From Bacteroidota bacterium (GTDB taxonomy: Bacteria; Bacteroidota; Ignavibacteria; UBA10030), in NCBI GenBank assembly GCA_050015675.1, contig JBEKAY010000012.1, positions 6,952 to 70,951 of the forward strand: a stretch of 64,000 nt of DNA. The letters run 5' to 3'. Shown one piece after another: positions 59,661-64,000 of this stretch. Within the stretch, counting starts at the first letter, position 1, and every line of letters starts with the position of its first letter. Under the pieces are notes generated by a model. It made no database searches. It was not told where the DNA came from and saw only the letters and a program-made list of their open reading frames with translations. The translations under genes were made by a program, and so were the position numbers.

Positions 59661-59837
59661 GTAAATGTAAGTTGGTAAAGAAATTTTCATTTCCTATTTA
59701 CCCAATCAAGGTTACTTCAAATTTTTTTTATCCAATCTAATTATTTATAAAAATATATTGTACTCGTATTTATAATGTTCTCATCGCATAAAATTTTTCT
59801 TCCCATACTATCTAACTAATATCGAGGTATATTTTCC

Positions 59838-61091
59838 ATGCCAATGGACATCACTGAATTAAAAACAAAAAAGATTGCCGAGCTGAACGCAATTGCCAAA
59901 GAACTCAATATCACAGGATATAGCGATCTTCGTAAACAAGATCTCATTTTTAAAATCCTTGAAGCACAAACCCAGAAAGATGGGTTAGGATTTAGTAAAG
60001 GCGTACTCGAGGTGCTGCCAGATGGATACGGGTTTCTCCGTTCTGTCGATTATAATTATCTGCCATCGCCCGATGATATTTATGTGTCGCCATCGCAGAT
60101 TAAGAAATTCGGATTGCGTACGGGCGACACAGTGAGCGGTCAAGTCCGTCCGCCGAAGGAAGGCGAACGGTTTTTTGCACTGCTTCGTGTTGAAGCGGTA
60201 AATGATGACCATCCGGATTTAATTCGCGAACGCGTCTTGTTTGAAAATCTAACGCCGATGTATCCGTCACAGAGAATAAAGTTGGAAACCATTCCCGGTG
60301 AATATGCGATGCGCATTCTCGATTTGCTCGCTCCAGTGGGAAAAGGCCAGCGCGGTATGATTGTATCTCCTCCAAAAGCAGGTAAGACGATCCTTCTCCA
60401 AAAGATGGCAAACAGCATTACACGCAATCATCCGGAAGTGAAATTGATTGTTTTGCTGATCGATGAACGTCCGGAGGAAGTGACGGACATGGAACGCTCG
60501 GTCAGTGCAGAAGTTGTGAGTTCCACATTTGATGAACCGCCCGAACGGCACGTGCAAGTTGCCGACATGGTATTGGATAAAGCCAAGCGGTTGGTTGAAG
60601 CAAAAAAGGATGTTGTTATTCTTCTCGACAGCATCACACGCCTGGCACGCGCACACAATACGGTTGTTCCGCATAGCGGCAAGATTCTTTCCGGTGGTGT
60701 CGATGCAAATGCATTGCATCGTCCGAAACGATTCTTCGGCGCTGCACGAAATATTGAAGAAGGCGGAAGTCTTACCATTATTGCCACTGCGTTGGTGGAA
60801 ACCGGCAGTCGTATGGACGAAGTGATCTTTGAAGAATTCAAAGGTACTGGCAACATGGAAATTGTGCTGGATCGCGGCTTAAGTGATAAGCGTATTTTCC
60901 CTGCGATCAATGTGAATCGGTCTGGCACGCGCAAAGAAGAAATACTTTTCGAACCCGATGATTTGAACCGCGTCTGGATTCTTCGCAAGTTCTTGAGCGA
61001 TTTAGAACCAAACGAAGCAATGGAACTCTTGCTTGATAAAATGCGAGGCACCAAGACGAACAAAGAATTCCTCAAGGTGATGAATAGTTAA
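59838..61091 (+). CDS. rho: Transcription termination factor Rho
   Basis: [51 protein letters not shown]. Confidence 0.99.
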   Translation: MPMDITELKTKKIAELNAIAKELNITGYSDLRKQDLIFKILEAQTQKDGLGFSKGVLEVLPDGYGFLRSVDYNYLPSPDDIYVSPSQIKKFGLRTGDTVSGQVRPPKEGERFFALLRVEAVNDDHPDLIRERVLFENLTPMYPSQRIKLETIPGEYAMRILDLLAPVGKGQRGMIVSPPKAGKTILLQKMANSITRNHPEVKLIVLLIDERPEEVTDMERSVSAEVVSSTFDEPPERHVQVADMVLDKAKRLVEAKKDVVILLDSITRLARAHNTVVPHSGKILSGGVDANALHRPKRFFGAARNIEEGGSLTIIATALVETGSRMDEVIFEEFKGTGNMEIVLDRGLSDKRIFPAINVNRSGTRKEEILFEPDDLNRVWILRKFLSDLEPNEAMELLLDKMRGTKTNKEFLKVMNS

Positions 61092-61098
61092 GTGAATC

Positions 61099-61140
61099 GA
61101 GCCACGATAATCGAAAGAAATTCGTGGCTCTGTTATTTTT
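61099..61140 (+). terminator. Probable terminator after rho
   Basis: GAGCCACGA...TCGTGGCTC followed by TGTTATTTTT. Confidence 0.6.
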
Positions 61141-61227
61141 GTAGAGATAGTTATTCTTAACGAATTGAAGGAAAGAAATTTATTGAGTTCTTCATTCATC
61201 ACTACTTATTGAATACTGCACATTGAT

Positions 61228-61605
61228 TTAACATCCATCTGCATCCCGCATCTCGGATTTTTCTTTGAGATATTTTACAAATCGATTTTTTCTGTCGACG
61301 AGAATGTTGACCGGTTTCTTAGGTCGATCAGAAATCTGAAACGACATAATAATCACTTCATCGCCTTTGTGCACAAGATGAGCGGCTGCGCCATTTATTC
61401 CGATGGCACCGGAATCCTTCTTTCCCTTAATGACGTAGGTTTCGAGCCGTTGGCCATTGGTGTTATCGACGACGAGCACTTTTTCATATTCATCTAAACC
61501 GGCAAGCTCCATTAATCGTTCATCGATTGTAATAGAACCAACGTACCGAAGATTTGCGTTTGTTATTGTGGCTTTATGGATTTTTGAACGAAGATAAATC
61601 CGCAT
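61228..61605 (-). CDS. panD: Aspartate 1-decarboxylase
   Basis: [17 protein letters not shown] cleavage site, [14 protein letters not shown]. Confidence 0.96.
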   Translation of the reverse strand: MRIYLRSKIHKATITNANLRYVGSITIDERLMELAGLDEYEKVLVVDNTNGQRLETYVIKGKKDSGAIGINGAAAHLVHKGDEVIIMSFQISDRPKKPVNILVDRKNRFVKYLKEKSEMRDADGC

Positions 61606-61756
61606 AGATATATTCCTGTCCTTTCGTTAACTCCAAAGTACTCACAAGTCAGCGAATTTGCAAAGGGCACGGTTCATCGTTTGCATTTGTTGTTTTTGGC
61701 ACGAAGATTTGGTACAATAATATAAGATTTAACCGAAAAAAAATTGAGGAGAAAAT

Positions 61757-62362
61757 ATGAGTAAAGGACTGATTATTGGTTTGTCAATTGTAGGCGGACT
61801 GCTGCTGGTTGTTGCTCTCATCATTGGATGGGTCGTTGGTGACTATAATAAAATTGTTGCAAAAAATGAAGGCGTAAAGAGTGCATGGAGTCAAGTGGAG
61901 AACCAATATCAGCGCCGCTATGATCTGATACCAAATCTTATGGAAACAGTGAAGGGTTTTGCGAAACAGGAAAAAGAAGTGCTCATTGGCGTTACCGAAG
62001 CACGCGCCAGTGTTGGCCAAATGAAAGTGACTCCCGAAGTACTGAATAATCCACAGGCATTTCAAAATTTTCAAAAAGCACAGGATGGATTAAGTTCGGC
62101 ATTGTCGCGCTTGATGGTCATTGTGGAAAAGTACCCTGAATTGAAATCCAACCAAAATTTTCTTGAGCTTCAATCACAATTAGAGGGTACCGAGAATCGC
62201 ATTGCTGTCGAGCGTCGTAGATTCAATGAAACAGTACAAGATTTCAACAGTATGATCAAAAGTTTCCCGATAAATATTATTGCGAACTTCGGCGGATTCC
62301 ATGAAGCACAATATTTTCAATCAATTGCAGGGTCTGAAAAGGCGCCGCAAGTAAAATTCTGA
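61757..62362 (+). CDS. lemA: LemA family protein
   Basis: WSQVENQYQRRYDLIPNL, EKYPELK, LEGTENRIAVERRRFN. Confidence 0.96.
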   Translation: MSKGLIIGLSIVGGLLLVVALIIGWVVGDYNKIVAKNEGVKSAWSQVENQYQRRYDLIPNLMETVKGFAKQEKEVLIGVTEARASVGQMKVTPEVLNNPQAFQNFQKAQDGLSSALSRLMVIVEKYPELKSNQNFLELQSQLEGTENRIAVERRRFNETVQDFNSMIKSFPINIIANFGGFHEAQYFQSIAGSEKAPQVKF

Positions 62363-62370
62363 GTATCCTT

Positions 62371-63126
62371 ATGAAAAAAAATCGTTGGGTTATTCTCATG
62401 TTTGTAGTCCTCTTGTGCAGTGCATTCGCTGCAGCGGAAACGAAAATCCCGAAGCTTGAGCAACGTGTTTCGGATTTCACAAACACATTGAGCTTTCAGG
62501 AATGGCAGCAGTTGGATCGTTTGCTGAAAAGCTTTGAGGACTCAACCTCTACGCAGGTTGTTGTTCTCATGGTTAATTCACTCGAAGGAGAAAGTGTTGA
62601 AGAATATGCCAATAAAACTTTTAAGGAAAATAAAATTGGTCAAGCGAAGAAGGATAATGGCGTACTGCTCGTGATTGCCAAGCAAGATCATGCAATGAGA
62701 ATAGAAGTCGGCTACGGATTAGAAGGCGTGCTCACCGATGCTATTACATCGCAGATCATCCGCCAGGAAATTGCTCCGCACTTTAAAGCTGATAATTATT
62801 TCGGTGGTATCGTAACCGGCGTTGACGCAATTATGCGCGCGGCCGCCGGCGAGTACCATGCAGACAACAAAGGGAAGAGAGCGCCTGCAGCTTCAGCTGG
62901 ACTTTTGACAATAATAATCATCTTTTTAATTTTCGTTCTTATGCCTATGCTGACTTCACGACGACGATCGATTATCGGTTCAAGCGGTCATAGATATTAT
63001 TCCGGATGGGGCTATGGCGGTGGTTTTGGCGGCGGCGGATTTGGCGGAGGCGGATTTGGCGGTGGAGGCGGATTTAGCGGGGGCGGTGGTATGTCCGGCG
63101 GCGGTGGTGCCTCCGGCAGCTGGTGA
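62371..63126 (+). CDS. TPM domain (YgcG-like) protein with Gly-rich tail
   Basis: DNGVLL, RIEVGYGLEGVLTD, C-terminal GGGG..SGGGGASGSW. Confidence 0.93.
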   Translation: MKKNRWVILMFVVLLCSAFAAAETKIPKLEQRVSDFTNTLSFQEWQQLDRLLKSFEDSTSTQVVVLMVNSLEGESVEEYANKTFKENKIGQAKKDNGVLLVIAKQDHAMRIEVGYGLEGVLTDAITSQIIRQEIAPHFKADNYFGGIVTGVDAIMRAAAGEYHADNKGKRAPAASAGLLTIIIIFLIFVLMPMLTSRRRSIIGSSGHRYYSGWGYGGGFGGGGFGGGGFGGGGGFSGGGGMSGGGGASGSW

Positions 63127-63155
63127 TGAAGATCTGGAAGTAAAGTGAGAGACAT

Positions 63156-63830
63156 ATGAGTAACGAAACAATACGAGTGCTCTATGTGAACGGGACTGAA
63201 CGAGATGTTCAATCTATTAGTGAACGTCTTTCAAAATTTGAGGGTACACAATTTGAATTCATATGGCAGCAAAGCGCTGAGAAGGCAATAACATTTCTTG
63301 AACAACACAACTATGTCGATGTGATCGTGACAGAAGACATTTTGCATGGAATGAGCGGCGTTGAATTCACTCACAAATTGAAGGACTTGAAATACGACAT
63401 TCCTATTGTGTTTCTCACAACAAGCAAAGATGTGAATCTTGCAGTTGAAGTTATGCAGACGGGTGTGCAAGACTATTTGCTTAAGGAAGATGTTGCCGCC
63501 CATGTTTTTCCGCAAACTCTTCTCAGGGTTGTAGAGAAGGGACATCTGAAACAAGAACAGAATAAATTGGAAATTAAGCGGAAACGCTTGGAAGTGATGC
63601 AGGAAATTGTTGTAGGTATTTCCGATAAGATCAGTGAACCGCTTGAAGATATGAATAAAATTATCGGTGAACTTGAACAGAATTCGCTTCCTGAAAAAGC
63701 TGTGAAGTACCTGAAACTGATGAAAGAAAATGTAGAACGGATGCAGTTGAAACTGGAAAAACTTCGGAATTTGAAAGAAGACAAGACAGTAAAGTACATC
63801 AGAGATATTAAGATGATAGACTTATCGTAG
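63156..63830 (+). CDS. Atypical receiver-domain protein with a HisKA-like C-terminal helix pair
   Basis: REC fold (GMSG, PIVFLT, DYLLK) with non-canonical acidic residues; C-terminal SDKISEPL. Confidence 0.8.
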   Translation: MSNETIRVLYVNGTERDVQSISERLSKFEGTQFEFIWQQSAEKAITFLEQHNYVDVIVTEDILHGMSGVEFTHKLKDLKYDIPIVFLTTSKDVNLAVEVMQTGVQDYLLKEDVAAHVFPQTLLRVVEKGHLKQEQNKLEIKRKRLEVMQEIVVGISDKISEPLEDMNKIIGELEQNSLPEKAVKYLKLMKENVERMQLKLEKLRNLKEDKTVKYIRDIKMIDLS

Positions 63831-63844
63831 CGGAGTGTTACCGC

Positions 63845-64000
63845 ATGAAAAACCTAGTAAAACAAATGTTCACTAAAGAAGACCTTGCCGCAATTGCATC
63901 AGCAATTGGTGAGGCGGAAAAAACAACGGCAGGAGAAATCCGTGTCAGTATCCGCCAGAAGCGGAAATGGCGGGAGAAAAAACGTACCATCGAAGAGATA
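63845..64000 (+). CDS. Second TPM-domain protein of the LemA operon (partial, runs off the window)
   Basis: MKNLVKQMFTKEDLAAIASAIGEAEKTTAGEIRVSI matches the I..AI..AE..TSGEIRV pattern. Confidence 0.85.
   Translation, partial: MKNLVKQMFTKEDLAAIASAIGEAEKTTAGEIRVSIRQKRKWREKKRTIEEI

Noticed and set aside
60428-61075. Long antisense ORFs over rho (also 26006..26683 over atpD, 19157..19885, 41512..42267, 52487..53062)
   Set aside because: Shadow frames of conserved genes, with no RBS or recognisable domains.
63015-63123. GGCGGCGGATTT-type repeats
   Set aside because: They simply encode the usual Gly-rich tail of TPM/YgcG proteins.

Overview
A gene-dense, mostly housekeeping 64-kb stretch of a Gram-negative bacterial chromosome. 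It is probably from an Ignavibacteria/Chlorobi-type FCB lineage. This is inferred from T9SS components (CTD cargo, PorV-like, PorW/SprE-like), a split atpD-atpC pair, a GWxTD protein, and canonical TTGACA-N17-TATAAT-like promoters with Shine-Dalgarno sites, unlike Bacteroidia. Core genes include ssb, gdhA, class I fumarase, mntP, atpD/atpC, alr, manC, rlpA, rpiB, purF, ftsY, mutL, maf, csp, folE, pyrK/pyrD, folC, rho, panD and lemA. RNA elements are a cobalamin riboswitch before btuB and three tRNAs (Thr-CGT, Ser-GGA, Ser-CGA). No CRISPR array, integrase or transposase was seen. The most notable oddities: (1) a full-length family-B DNA polymerase with eroded catalytic motifs; (2) a receiver/PPDK-like phospho-His protein next to gdhA; (3) an internally deleted Type IIG R-M gene whose 3' end recurs as a direct repeat bracketing a hemerythrin gene, with nested REP-like elements, beside tRNA-Ser; (4) dispersed microcompartment parts (PduS/PduT-like and an extended RpiB); (5) a secreted protein ending in a TWGxIKAxF/Y motif; (6) a monocistronic 57-aa basic protein; (7) further pseudo-enzymes (PIG-L-like, REC-HisKA-like). 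All family calls are from motif recognition by eye, not database searches.
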